64,000 bases of DNA from Azolla caroliniana. Its lineage: Eukaryota; Plantae; Polypodiophyta. The notes under the pieces are model-generated. The model did not search any database. It was not told the origin of the DNA and was given only the letters and a program-made list of their open reading frames with translations. A program made the translations under genes and the position numbers. The stretch is taken from the NCBI GenBank assembly GCA_043228905.1, contig JBHGNT010000012.1, forward strand, positions 10,664,001 to 10,728,000, given 5' to 3'. This document shows, piece after piece, positions 50,732 to 63,680 of the stretch (the first letter of the stretch is position 1; each line of letters begins with the position of its first letter).

Positions 50732-53700
50732 TGCACCATCCGGCTCTCCATAGCCGGGTACTCCTCATCCGGTTCACACCGGGTCTGCACCATCCGGCTC
50801 TCCGTAGCCGGGTGCTCCTCATCCGGTTCTCACCGGGCCTGCACCATCCGGCTCTCCGTAGCCGGGTACTCCTCATCCGGTTCACACCGGGTCTGCACCA
50901 TCTGGCTCTCGGTAGCTGGGTACTCCTCTTCCGGTTTAGGGTTTAGGGTTCCCATCCCATCCGGAGGGACCTGTCTCCCAACAAACTCCCCCTTCACTCC
51001 GGCATGGGGTGTCTTATTAGTCTGATCCGCTTCCGGCATGTAGATCTCCTCTTCGAGGTCGCCATGGAGGAATGTCGTCTTCACGTCCAGCTGCTCTACC
51101 TCAAGGTCCATGCTTGCCACTATACTCAGCACCGTTCGGATGGAGGTCATCTTTACTACTGGGGCAAATATCTTGTCGAAGTCCACGCCCTTCTTCTGCT
51201 GGAACCCCTTCACCACGATCCTGGCTTTGTACCTCGGGGGATTGCCGGCATCTCCCGGTTTCAACTTGTACACCCACTTGTTTCGGAGTGCCCGCTTTCC
51301 TTTCTGCAACTCCACCAATTCGTACGTAGGGTTCTCATGCAGGGAATCCATCTCATCCTGCATGGCACTTAACCATTTTCGGCTGTGGGTGTCATCCTTC
51401 GCTTCTTCGAAGCTTTCGGCCTCCCCCTGATCGGTTAGTAGAACATACTCTGCATCCGGAAATCTCCGGGGGGCCCTTCTCTCTCTGAGAGGATATCTCC
51501 ATCTTTGGGCTTCGGTAGCCAGCTCCTCCATTTGCTCTTCATCCGAATCTGATTCGGGGTCTAGGCCGGTTCCGGTTTCAGCTTCCTCTACTTCTTCTTC
51601 AGCCCGTTCGGTATCCTTACCGTAACCGGCTGGTTCCTCGAGTGCTAACCGGTCTCTTGCCGGTTGGGTCTGCTCATCGTAGAGTCGATCCTTACCGGTC
51701 GACTTGGAGTTCATTATCTTCTTTTCCGACTCCTAGTCGGCGAGCGTCTTGTCCTCCATGAAGATAATATCTCGACTCCGGAATACCTTCTTGTCGACCG
51801 GGTCCCACACTCGGTAGCCGAACTCATCGTCACCATAACCGAGGAATATGCATGGTCGGGTCTTTGGATCTAACTTTCCTCTCCGGTCCTTTGCTACATG
51901 CACGTACGCGAGACACCCGAACACCTTCAGATGCCGGTAGGACACTTCCTTACCGGTCCATACCCTCTGTGGCATGTCTCCGTCCAAGGGTACTGAGGGT
52001 GATCTGTTTATCACATATGTCGTCGTCGACAATGCCTCAGCCCAAAACTTCTTGAGTAGTTTTGCATGCGCTAGCATACTCCGGACCCTCTCCATTATGG
52101 TCCGATTCATCCTGTCGGCTAGTCCGTTTAGTTCCGGTGTCTTCGGCACGGTAAATTCGAGCCGGATTCCCTTCGAGCTGCAGTACTCCTCGAACTGCCC
52201 CCGGTATTCTCCTCCGTTATCTGCTCGAACCGCCTTCAGCTTCCGGCCGGTTTCTCTTTCCACTCTCGCGTGGAGCTCTTTGAAGACGGATAACACCTGA
52301 TCCTTCGTCTTCAATGGTGTGGCCCACAACTTCCGGCTGTGGTCATCTATGAACCTCACGAAGTACTGAGCTCCGGCATGTGACTTCGTGTCTACTTGAC
52401 ACACATCCGTATGCACCAACTCCAGTGGTGCATTACGTCGCATCGGTGCCCTTGGTCGGAAGTAGGTGCGGTTCTGCTTACCGGCCAGACAATCAGTGCA
52501 CTTCTCTAAGTGCACGTTCTTCACTGGAACGAGGTTGTCGTCTGGAAGCCTCTTCATCCCCTTCTCGCTCATATGACACAGCCTCTTGTGCCACAGCTCA
52601 CCGGCAGTGTCGGAAGCCACGTTCACTTCTTCCGGGCATAACCGGGCATTCATCAGGTACAATGTGTTTACCTTCCGGGTCCGAGCCACAATCAGGCTCC
52701 CTTTGCTGAACTTCATGACACCGTTCTGGATGCTACCCGTGTAGCCTTCATCATCTAGCCGACCGGCTGATATCAGGTTCAGACGAACCTCCGGAACGTG
52801 TCAGATATCCTTCAACAGCAACTTGCATCCGGTTGGTGTTGACAGCCACACGTCTCCTATGCCGACAATTCGGCATGTACCTTCATTCCCCATCCGGACA
52901 TAACCGTGGTCACCGGCTGAGTAGGATGAGAAGCATTTCCGGTCCGGGGTAAGGTGGAACGATGCTCCGGAGTCTACCACCCAAGTCATCTCGTCGCCGG
53001 CAAGGTTTATCTCACACTCCTCGGTGATGAGCATCAACTCTTCTTCACTTGCCGCGATTGCCGTCGTTCCCTTCCGGTCCGGCCCCCTCCGGTCTTTACC
53101 ATTCCGGTCCGGGGTTTGCTTCGAATCGGTACCGTCGGTTACCTTGTCTTTACGGAAATGCCAACAGTTCTTTTGGAAGTGTCCCGGCTTGCCGCAATAG
53201 AAGCAAGTAGGCCTCCCCCTTGACTTTGACCGTGTCCCCGACTTCTCCCAGTTCTGGGGACTATGGTTTCTATGTCTTCCGCGTTCCGATTCGGTAAAGA
53301 GAGCTTTGGAGTCAGAGCTCTTATCTTTATCTTTCCGACCCACCTCCTCATCTAGCAAGCTCGACTTTACTCTTGCTAGGGATAACCGTTTTCCTTCCGG
53401 TCTGGCATTGCCCAAAGTGACAACCAACGTCTCCCAGCTATCCGGGAGGGAACCGAGCAGGAGTCGCGCTAGTACCTCATCGGCGAGAGGTACTTCCAAT
53501 GACGTTGCCTGGTGTATCAGCCCCTGGAAGGCATTCGTGTGCTCCGCCATGTTGGAGTCATCTTGGTACCGGAGTCTTACTAGCTTCCGGAATACCGAAA
53601 CTTGATTAACAACATTTTTGTTTTGAAACATTATGCCGATCTTCTCCCAGAGCTCATGAGCCTTGCTCTCTTCATTGAAGTTGTTGTACAGGCTCATGTC

Positions 53701-54730
53701 GATGAAGCACCGTATGTACGCCGTTGTCTTCATGTGCATCACCTCCCATATCGCGGCGTCGATTTTGTCCGGTCTCTTGTCCCCGAATTGAACCGACAGC
53801 CAGAGGTCTTTAACCACGAGCATGTCCCTCATCTTCAACTTCCACACTGAGTAGTTGGAGCCGGTGAGCTTGAACATGCCGCCAAACGATTCGTCCATTT
53901 TCTGTGTCATTTCGCTCTGATACCACTTGACGGGAACTGGTCGTTCCTTATGCGCAATGCTCGGCCACAACCAAGCTTAGAATGATACACAGAAAACAGG
54001 AAATAAGACGCGACACAAAGAAAAATAAATAAATACATAGGAGGTTTACGTGGAAAACCCCAAACTAAGGGAAAAACCACGGCAGCCCACAGGCTGCAAA
54101 CTGTCACTATGTAAGAATGTACAAAACAGTGAGTTCACGAAGGCAACGACCTTGGATTCACGATCTTCGCCACAGGTGGCGGTTACAACAGAGGTAGCGA
54201 CCTCTTTCTCTCTCTCTCTCTGTACAACGTTACGTACTCTCTCTTCTTCTTGCACCAACAAGAAAAATGACGCATACTAAAGGTTTGCCCTAAGTCATAT
54301 TTATACTAATATGACTTTTCGGCGATTTACAAATGTAGCCTCGATGGGCTCTCAGAAACATATTTACGAATATGTCTCTTCCTCCGGTTCTCACCGGGTC
54401 TGCGTCATCCGGTTCTCCGTAGCCGGGTGCTCCTCATCCGGTTCTCACCGGGCCTGCACCATCCGGCTCTCCGTAGCCGGGTACTCCTCATCCGGTTCAC
54501 ACCGGGTCTGCACCATTTGGCTCTCCGTAGCCGGGTGCTCCTCATCTGGTTCTCACCGGGCCTGCACCATCCGACTCTCCGTAGCCAGGTACTCCTCATC
54601 CGGTTCATACCGGGTCTGCACCATCCGGCTCTCCGTAGCCGGGTACTCCTCTTCCGGTTTCATCGGCACCAAGATTGTTCGTCGGCACTGTTCTTCTCCC
54701 TTCCCATCCGGAGGGACCTGTCTCCCAACA
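50732..54730 (-). mobile_element. Ty1/copia, Tto1-like. 5' LTR 53928-54730, PBS iMet 53914-53925, gag-PR-IN-partial RT, internal deletion at ~51035, PPT 50984-50997, truncated 3' LTR 50732-50983
   Basis: MFKLTGSNYSVWK, CFYCGKPGHFQKNC, WVVDSGAS, LWHKRLCH, ADNGGEY; RT breaks after LEEEIYM; LTR end CTGTCTCCCAACA at both 50983 and 54730. Confidence 0.93.
54380..54660. repeat. 54-bp CCGG-rich tandem repeat in Copia U3 (~5 copies; ~4 copies at 50732-50934)
   Basis: Unit TCATCCGGTTCACACCGGGTCTGCACCATCCGGCTCTCCGTAGCCGGGTACTCC. Confidence 0.93.
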
Positions 54731-55700
54731 CATAAGACATCACCAGCTTAACACCTTAAAATTGGTCAATGAATCGCTGGAGAAGGGTTGGCAAACATGG
54801 TCAGCGCAAGCCGCAGAGCTTCAGCTATTACGAGCCGATAGAGAGAATTGAAAAGTTCAGGGAAAAGGCTTCCTCAAGATGTCGAAGGAAGCAATGACAA
54901 CGATGCAGGAAGATATTGCTAAAGACCTTTACAACATGGCAACTTACTTCAGAGAAGAAATTAACTGAATCATGCAAGAATTCGACAAGCATGATGTCGA
55001 TACATCCGTTGAGTTAGACAATATCAAAGCCAAAAGAATAAGAAAAACACCTGGACTCGGAGCACCGGAATTAACAGATCCAACACCATCGACCGAAGAA
55101 GCACACCAGAAAAACGATGACGGGGAGGACATAGAAAATGAGGACGAAGACGATGTCGGCGTGGCACCACAGGAAGAAGAAACCTCATTGTTCGACATTC
55201 TGTAGGACGACACAGACGATGAATTGGAGTTGGAGGAAGATCTTCCCTCAGAGCAACAGGAGTGAAGGGGTTTCTGTGGGTTCGCCGGACAACATCCTGG
55301 CCCACAGGCGTGCCAAGTGTTACCCAGACAAGTATGGATGTGTGGGAGTCGGAAAGATGTTCGGAGTCGGAGTCGGAGTCGGATCGATGACTCAGCAGAT
55401 AGCCGAATAGGACATAGTTAGTTACGAAGTTTTGTAATTCTTGTTAATTATAGGCAGTAGGATTTCTTGATGAGGAAAGACCTTCGGGTTACCTATAAAA
55501 GGAACCGAAGGCATTGTAAAAATCGATCATTGTATTTAGTAATATAAAGTTTGGTTAGGAAACCTCTGTGTACGGATTGCTTCTTCCCATCTATTCCTTT
55601 CTATCTAAACTATATTACATAAGTAACGATCTCGTTGTCTGTTATCACCAATAAGTTTACAGATAATTTGTATCTACTTGTCTAACCACAACTTCTTGAT
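54731..55700 (+). mobile_element. 3' end of Athila/Tat-like element C: extra-ORF C-terminus plus 3' LTR starting at 55318 (right end unclear)
   Basis: EKGWQTWSAQAAELQLLRADREN homologous to the extra ORFs of A, B and D; TGTTACC start; CCTATAAAAGG at ~55492-55502. Confidence 0.8.
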
Positions 55701-55729
55701 AGAACGTTCATCTTATACTGTGTCGGCAA

Positions 55730-58700
55730 AGTAGTAATTGATGACCGAACAACACAAAGCATCCAAGGACTGGGTAGAAAAAACAAATTCTGCAAATGTG
55801 GAGCGTATGAAGCAGGAATCCGCAAGCACCAATTTGCCAATAGAGGAGGACATGGCATCACTGGACTCCATATGGCAAGCATTGGCCGCCTGCAAGATAA
55901 CAATGACCATGGAGAAGCTTCTCTGACTAGTACCACGATTTCGCCAGGTGGTTGAAAATCGCATGACAGGCACACCTGGAGTAGATGTTTTGGCAAATTT
56001 TGCGGAGACTCATACAGATCCAACGGTCGTTGATCATCACAATGCAGCCATTAAATTGGTATTACAGGGATAGGAAATCACGGGACGTATCGTTGATGGG
56101 GGATCATGTGTCAATGTCATTAGTATGACCACATGCGCACGCTTGGGAATCACAAACTAGGAAGCCTGCCCTTTTTGGCTCCGCATGGCCGATACCTGTT
56201 CTGTTAGACCATTAGGGTTGATTCGGAAATTAGGGATTGTTGTTGGTGGCCATCGCTTCGAAATATCAGCGGTTGTACTAGCATTAGACGCCCCAGGAGC
56301 ATACCCAATATTGCTTGGCAGGCCGTGGTTACGCTCAGCGAACATAAAACAAAACTGGTAGCATAATTGCATTAGTTTCCGACGAGGATGGAGCAAAATC
56401 TGCGTAACCACCCAGGAAACAACACCACTCACCAAGGGCATAACACCATTATACGCAGAAGACATAATTATGCTAGAAGGAGTGGAGGATAAGGAGCTAG
56501 AAGCGTACCTTGATGATCACCCACGGGTCGTCCCATTATTCGAAATTGACATAATAGAAACTGCCGTGGAATATGCATTCACTATGGCGCTTAAGGAGGA
56601 GGCATACGAACTGGACCCAGAATCGATCATGGAGTTAAGCAGAGCACGGGCTATGTTCGAATGGGAAATGGAAATCTCACGGTGTGTCACCGCCTCGGCA
56701 TTAGAAGAAGTCAATGTCGGAACAACGGCGGATCCTCGATTACTCTCGATTGCGAAAGACTTACTCCCAAGTTAGAAGGCGGCAATGATAGCACTGCTCA
56801 AAGAATATAAGGATGTCTTTGCATGGTCCCATGAAGATATGAAAGGGTTGGACCCAACGTTTTATCAACGCAAAATCAACTTAGCCACCGACACGAAACC
56901 TGTACAACAGCGGCGGTATCGAATGAAACCAAATTATGCGGCTTGCGTGAAAGAGGAAATTGATAAACTTCTCAAGGCAGGATTTATCCGGCCGGTAGTT
57001 GTAGTGCCATGGCTAAGCCCGATAGTTGTAGTGCCAAAGAAAAATGGCAAAATTCGCGTTTGCGTAGATTATCACAAGTTAAATGTCGTGACAATCACGG
57101 ATGCGTTTCCCTTACCCTTTACTGATAGTGTACTAGATGTGGTCACAGGCCATGACATGTACAGTTTTTTAGACGGCTTCAGCGTGTACAATCAGGTATG
57201 CATGCATCCTGACGACCAAGACAAGACTGCGTTCATCACGGACTAGGGGGTTTAAGTCGCAGTGGTCATGATGTTTGGGCTAAAAACGGTGCCATCAACT
57301 TTCTAGCGAACGATCACAGAGATTTTGGGGAGTATATACCTGCCTTTATGCAAGTTTTCCTTAACGATTTTGTGGTATATAGAACAGGGGCCGAACATTT
57401 GGCCCATCTCCAACTCTGTTTGGAATGTTGTCGTACTTCACACCTAAGCTTGAACATAGCAAAGTGCGCATTTGGCGTTACCAGTGGAGCCCTCCTTAGC
57501 CACATCGTAAGCAAGGAGGGAATAGTAGTGGATCCTAAGAAAATTACGGTGATCATTGAAGCAAAAACTCCGACGATTGCCAAAGCGCTCAGCCGTTTTC
57601 TGGGGCAAATACGCTGGCATAGCCGTATGTTACGGTATTTGGCGGATTCCGCTACCCCGTTACACGCCGTCGTGCATCGCACACCCTTCAAGTGGACGGC
57701 AACTAAAGAAAAAGCGTACGATGCACTCAAGATAATGTTAACTCAAGCACCGGTTGTACAACCACCAGATTGGGCGAAACTATTCCATGTCTCTATGGAT
57801 GCTTCAGATATAGCAATAGGCAGCGTGTTGATGCAGGTCACGGAACCAAATTGGTACAAACCTGTCTATTACGCTAGCCGTAAGCTATCTACTGTCGAAC
57901 GAAATTACTCCACAACAGATTCAGGCATTATTTACTAGGACGAAAATTTACGTTTCACGTAGATCACGCGGCGTTATTGTACTTGGTGGAAAAACAGGCA
58001 CTGACAGGGAAGCTGGCTAGATGGATGTTGCTGCTCTAGGAGTTCGACTTTGTAATCTACCATCAGCCAGGTACGCACCACGCAGTAGCGGATTTTTTAA
58101 GTAGAATGGCTAACGGGGAAAATGCGCGGAAGGGTGACGACGACTTTCCCGACGCTAACATTCTACGGGTCGTGACGATAGCGTCACGAGAAGAGAGAAA
58201 ATTTCCGAATCGCTGGCTGATGGAAATGACGTACTTTTTGACCACGAGAATGCCACCACCGCAACTAAGGAAGAATGAAAAGAAGCGATTGGTTGTCCGT
58301 AGCCGTCACTTTTGCCTGGTCGAAGGAGTCCTTTATCACAAGGGCAACGATGGAATCTGGCGACGTGGGATACGCCAGGATAAGAAGGAAGCCATCTTGT
58401 GCAAAGCCCACTGTGGTACGGCAGGGGGGCACTATGCGGGAGATGTTACGGCTAGAAAAATATGGCAAGTAGGTCTATGGTGGCCCACCACGCAAAAAGA
58501 CGCGCACCTCTACTACTTGCCTATGATCTATGTCAACGATTGGGTCAGCCCATGGAGGGCGCGAGGATGCCACACCAACCCGTTCTTCCGTTGGACCCAT
58601 TCCAGAAGTGGGGTCTTGATTTTGTCGGTCCTTTTATGCCGACAGCAGCACGAACAGACAATAGATATATTCTGGTAGCCACGGACTACTGTACTAAGTG

Positions 58701-61700
58701 GGTGAAGGCAAAGGCGCTATGGGACAATACGGCGGCATCCACGGCGAAATTTCTTTATGAATACATTTGGTGTCGTTTCAGTTGCCCCATCGAGCTCATC
58801 AGTCATCAAGGGAGCCACTTTCTGAATTCAGTCGTCCACGAGCTCACACACCATTACGTCGTTGTTCATAAGAAAAGCACACGATACTATCCACCGGCGA
58901 ATGGACTAGCAGAGTCTATGAACAAAATCTTGCAGACGATACTGAAGAAGATCGTGAATGAGAATAGAACGGATAGGGATACTAAATTGCACAATGCCAT
59001 GTGGGCGTAACGGACCGGTTACAAGACTAGCATACAGTCTACATCGTTCCGGTTGGCATTTGGGTTAGAAGCCGTAATGCCCATCGAATTTCAGGTGCCC
59101 AGTCTGGGGATTCAAGTATGGGAAGGACTAGCAGAAGGCATGTCCGAGCAACTACAGTTCCAACAACTCCTTGAATTAGGCGAGGCTCGGGTATGTAGTA
59201 TGGCCACGCGGGAGAAGGACTTCGCAGTCAGGAAGGCCGTGTTGGTCTTTCAAACACACATGGGTCAAATGCCAGGAAAGTTGCAGTTTTGCTGGACGGG
59301 ACCATACTGGATAGTTGGAGCGGAAAAAGGCACTTTCCAATTAGGGACCCTCGTTGGAGAGATACTACGCCAAAAAGTGAATGGATTCAGGTTAAAACCT
59401 TATTTGGGACCTACGCCACCAAACTCGCTTCACACCGTAGATGACGCGGCTAAAGGGTCCCCCGATTAATTACTATCTAGGACCCACTTGTAATATAGTG
59501 TAACAGTAATATTGTATTGTACCTTTAAAAAAGAAAAGGGGGAAGACAGTCATGACTATTAAAAAGGGCTTTTATGCATGCACAAACTTCAAGTTCAAGA
59601 ACACGCGGCACCACAATGTCACACAAGCCAATAAACCCTAGGGAACAAAATGAAGGTTACCGATGGTTTTCTGCACATCACAGAAAACAGACTTTCGCCT
59701 TCAACCCTCCTTGCTCTCTTCGCTCCTCCCGCTCTCCTCGTTCCCCACCATACCACAGAGTGCCCAATCACCACGGTTTGCGAACCTCACCTAGTCGACC
59801 CTCCCCCCCTCCCCGTACAATGCCAATCACCATCTCTACAACCTTACGCAGGTGACTCATGAAAAAAGGATTTGAGGGATATATCAGGGTTGCGAAAGCA
59901 CCATCGCACCGTGACCTGCTAGAGATAGCCAAGAAACTCAACGTGGACACGGTGACGAACTCCACCATCCGGAAGAAATTAGGACTATCCGCGAATGGGG
60001 AAAAACACTTCGATATTTCCCCTACAAAAACTCTCGCGAAATATTTTGGGGAGTATTCGGTATCAGCAAAGGGGATAGGACGAAGGACATTCCAAACCCC
60101 TTCTTTCGGGAAGTTGCCAAGTTCCTATTGGAGGTCGGATGCGTACACGTTAACGTGTACGGGATGCCTAAACAGAAAGCAGGCGTCATAATCGATACCT
60201 TCGAAGGACGTGTTATTGATTGGGGTGTAATCACGGGGCCGACATTACGAGAAGGACTATACACATATCAAACTGGTAAGAAAATACGGCCAATCATTCA
60301 ATAGTATCTTACTGTGTTATTTCCCCCTCGCGGACTTCCCGCCCCCCCAACTAGCAAACTGACACCTCCGCCACAATCCGCGAAACGGCGGTTAGCGGAG
60401 TTAGCCACCTCCACATGGGACGAAGAGGCACAATCGCCCCGCACCACCGAGCCAACAACGTAGTCGGAGCCACCGACCATGTGCATCGAGACACAACCCT
60501 CCATGGCAACAGAGGAACCGGAGCCTGCCCAAGGTAGTCCCAGGCCCAAATGGCAAAGATTGGATCAAAAAGACGAGCGGGGATTGGTAAAAGATACAAC
60601 AGCCCCGACCGAAAAAATCGCCACTATGGAGCATACAACTACATTGGAATTAATCCGCGAGCCACAACCGATCATTACGGCTCAGTCACAACTAGGCAAG
60701 GGCATGCTCAGAAGAGCACACAGAACAACAGATGATCGAGCGGGCTCTAACAAGAATGGCGGAAAGTGAGGATGAGGGGCCGCTTGCCAAGGTAGGCAGA
60801 CAGTGGAATGCCAGAATACACCGAATGGGCATTGAGCTACCTCCCTTGAATACGGCCCTCGTCGAAGTACACCGCGAGTTGGCCAAAGTCAGCATAGGCG
60901 CAAAGGATATGGCAACCAAGAAAAAGAATGCCTGGAAAACAATAAAGTTGACACATGACCAGCTCTAGAAGGCTAAGGAACGCATTACGCAGCCGCGACG
61001 ATGGCAGCGACCATCCCCGCACAAGCTCATGATGATAACATGTCAAACACCTTACGAGAGAACCTCGAAGCACAAAAAGCCATACTGGCCAAAGCAAAGA
61101 AAGCTACTCAAATGGCCGAAACAAAGATTGATCGGCTTCGAACGGAACTTCGCCAAGCTTCGGATAGGGAAGCCAATGCTAGGTCGAAAGGCCGTCAGGC
61201 GGTCAAGACATTGGAAGGCAAGCTCCAGGTGGAGGTCGTAGCGCATAGCAGAACGAAGGAGGAATATGAAAAGCTGCGTGAAGAGGCAAACAAGAAGGAC
61301 GCTACAATCGCGGGATTACAGGAGCTCGTGGAGAAAAAGAAGGCCTGGTACGACGAGCAACTGGTACATGAGCGCGCAGAGACACATGAAGTCCAAGTAC
61401 AACTAAACAATGAGATGGGACAACTCGAGGAACTACATTTAAAGGAGTCCCAGTTATGGGCCAAAATGATGAGTCTTTACGAAGAAGCTGCGGTGGCAAA
61501 TAAGCATAAAATAGAGAATCTAACGATAGCTTTAGATGAGTCCCAAGTACATGCCACCTTGATGACAAACCGGATCCGCACCATCCTACAAGACAATCAC
61601 GAGAAATTTAATACGCGGCTAAAGGTGGCTATGGACAAAGGATGGGCGACGCAGGCCGCGGAGCTACATACATATTGCGCGGATAGGGAAAACCGCCGAA

Positions 61701-61935
61701 AGGACGACAAGGGCTTTTATAAGCTAAGTGAAGACAACATTGCGACCGTACGCGAAGACCTTGCGGAAGACTACCGGGTACTAGCCAATCAACACTCTGA
61801 GGAACTCACACAGCTGATGGAGGAATTCACGGAAAGCCAGGAAGAGACCTTCCGGCAACTGATGGACATGGGCAGCGAAACTCAGAGGGCGGAAGAATTA
61901 AAAAAAGCGGAGGCAATGACTGTGCCAGACAGTCA
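55730..61935 (+). mobile_element. Athila/Tat-like element B internal region (gag end-PR-RT-RH-IN to 59469; extra ORF from 59616), degenerate, no LTR of its own visible
   Basis: Co-linear homolog of element A in opposite orientation; [25 protein letters not shown]. Confidence 0.92.
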
Positions 61936-63680
61936 TGTTATTCCTTTAGGGCCGGAAAATGGCCTAACATAGGGTGTCTACGGAAGACACTTCACCAAAG
62001 GGGTGCTACGGTGAGATAACTTAAGATTCAACGATTAATCAGACTTTAATTGGTTACTTAGCAATATGGCATTAGACTTGATACACGCGTATGATAGAAC
62101 AATTAGCACAGAACAGTAGTCAACACTTAAAGATAAAACAAGAAGCTCTATTAATTAGGATTAATTATCTGTCAAAGTTTTACATTGTAACCAGGCCTTT
62201 ATATAGGTCACCAGTGCTGAGTACAAAACGGTGCCAACCGGCACCTGTTCGGAACCGGTCCGGTTCCAGATCGGCATATCGATTCTGGTTCGTCCGTTCA
62301 CGTCTCATAAACTACTTAATTATAATAGATTCCGAATATACAATCGCTTTCACATTCTGGTCTTTAACTCCTTTGTCGGCCAGGTAACACATGCCATGCC
62401 CGTGGGATAGTACCTTGTACATCGAATCCCACTATCCGGCCCTTAGCCTTCGTCCAAGATATCCAAAATACTCTGCTCCAGGGTGTCCAATGGTTCTTCG
62501 AGAATCTGTTGTTGTTGCTGTTGTGGCTATTGTTGATGTTGTGGTTGCTGCTGTTGTGGTTGTGGCTATTGTTGCTCCGGCTCCGGCTCCTCCGACTGTT
62601 GCTCCTTGGATGGCGTCTGTTCGGCTCCCGGTACCAGCGGTTGTGGCAGTGATTCCTCCATCAACTGCTCTGCCAGATTTGACTCCGGTTGACTCGCCCC
62701 GGCCTTGTCTCCGTCTTATCCTTGCCCCGGCGATGGCTCCTCATCGTTGAGGTTGACGGTCGCTGCTTGCTTTGCTTCTTCTTGCCGTAGCCTGGTCCGG
62801 TCATAGCTTTCAAACTAGATTTGAGCATCCATTCGATCATCGTCTAGCTGTGCTACCAGTTGCCGGACCACTGTTGACTGTTCCTCCGCCAAAGTTACAA
62901 AGTCTTCTACTAACTCATCTCTTACGGCGGTGAAGTCCTCCTTTGTTAGCATGTAGCAGTCATTGCCATCTTTCTGCCGGTTTTCCGTGTCCGCCCTTAG
63001 CAACTGGAGCTCGGTTGTGTGCTTTGCCCATTTGGCCCACCATTGCATGGAGCTTTTGTCAATCAAGCGTTTTTTCTTGTTCCTCCATGCCTGGACAATG
63101 AACTGGATCCGCTCAAGTCCCCTCTTCGATTTGTCCTCCACGGCTTGTCGTTCTTCCTTCAATTGCTTGATCAGCTTCACCGTGTCCGCCTCCGGCTCCT
63201 GGTAATGTGACAATTGGTTTTGGTAGGTGTTCTGCAACCTCTGCAATACCATTTTCGCTCTTTCCTTTTCTTCATAATGCTGCTTATGGAGCTCCATACG
63301 TTCCTGCACAGCTTCCTCCAGTAGCGTTGTTCTTTCAACCCATTCTTTAGCTAGCGTTGTCTCACTTCGATGAACTTCCTGCCGGAGCTCTGCCATCTCC
63401 TCCTACTCCTTCTTATGCTCCATATCTAGGTGCTTATAGTCCCGGTGCAAGTGCTCAAAATCATCGGTCTTCTGCTTCAACTTCTGGTTGAGTTTCCGGC
63501 GAGCGCGGTCTTCCCGATCTTTCTGTTGACGGAGTTCTTCTTTAAGTCTTTCAATATCCGTTTCCACCATCCGTCACAGCTTATCCTTTTCTTGCAGCAC
63601 TTTCTCTTTCTCCTCCTTAAGCCGGTTATATGCCTGATGTCCTTTCTACAGATTCGCTTCTAACACCGGGTCATTTGAAA
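61936..63680 (-). mobile_element. 3' end of Athila/Tat-like element D: LTR 61936-62389 plus extra-ORF C-terminal part
   Basis: TGTTA..TAACA termini; CCTATATAAAGG on the minus strand at ~62196-62207; ORF 62815-63396 with ELQLLRADTENRQKDG..VRDELVEDF. Confidence 0.82.

Noticed and set aside
50732-50934. Regular repeats resembling a CRISPR array (also 54380-54660, 24968-25087, 1361-1487)
   Set aside because: Head-to-tail tandem units without unique spacers, in a eukaryotic LTR/LINE context, with no cas genes
62391-62750. Hydrophobic Val/Ala-rich ORF as a membrane or env protein
   Set aside because: Antisense shadow of the low-complexity tail of element D's extra ORF
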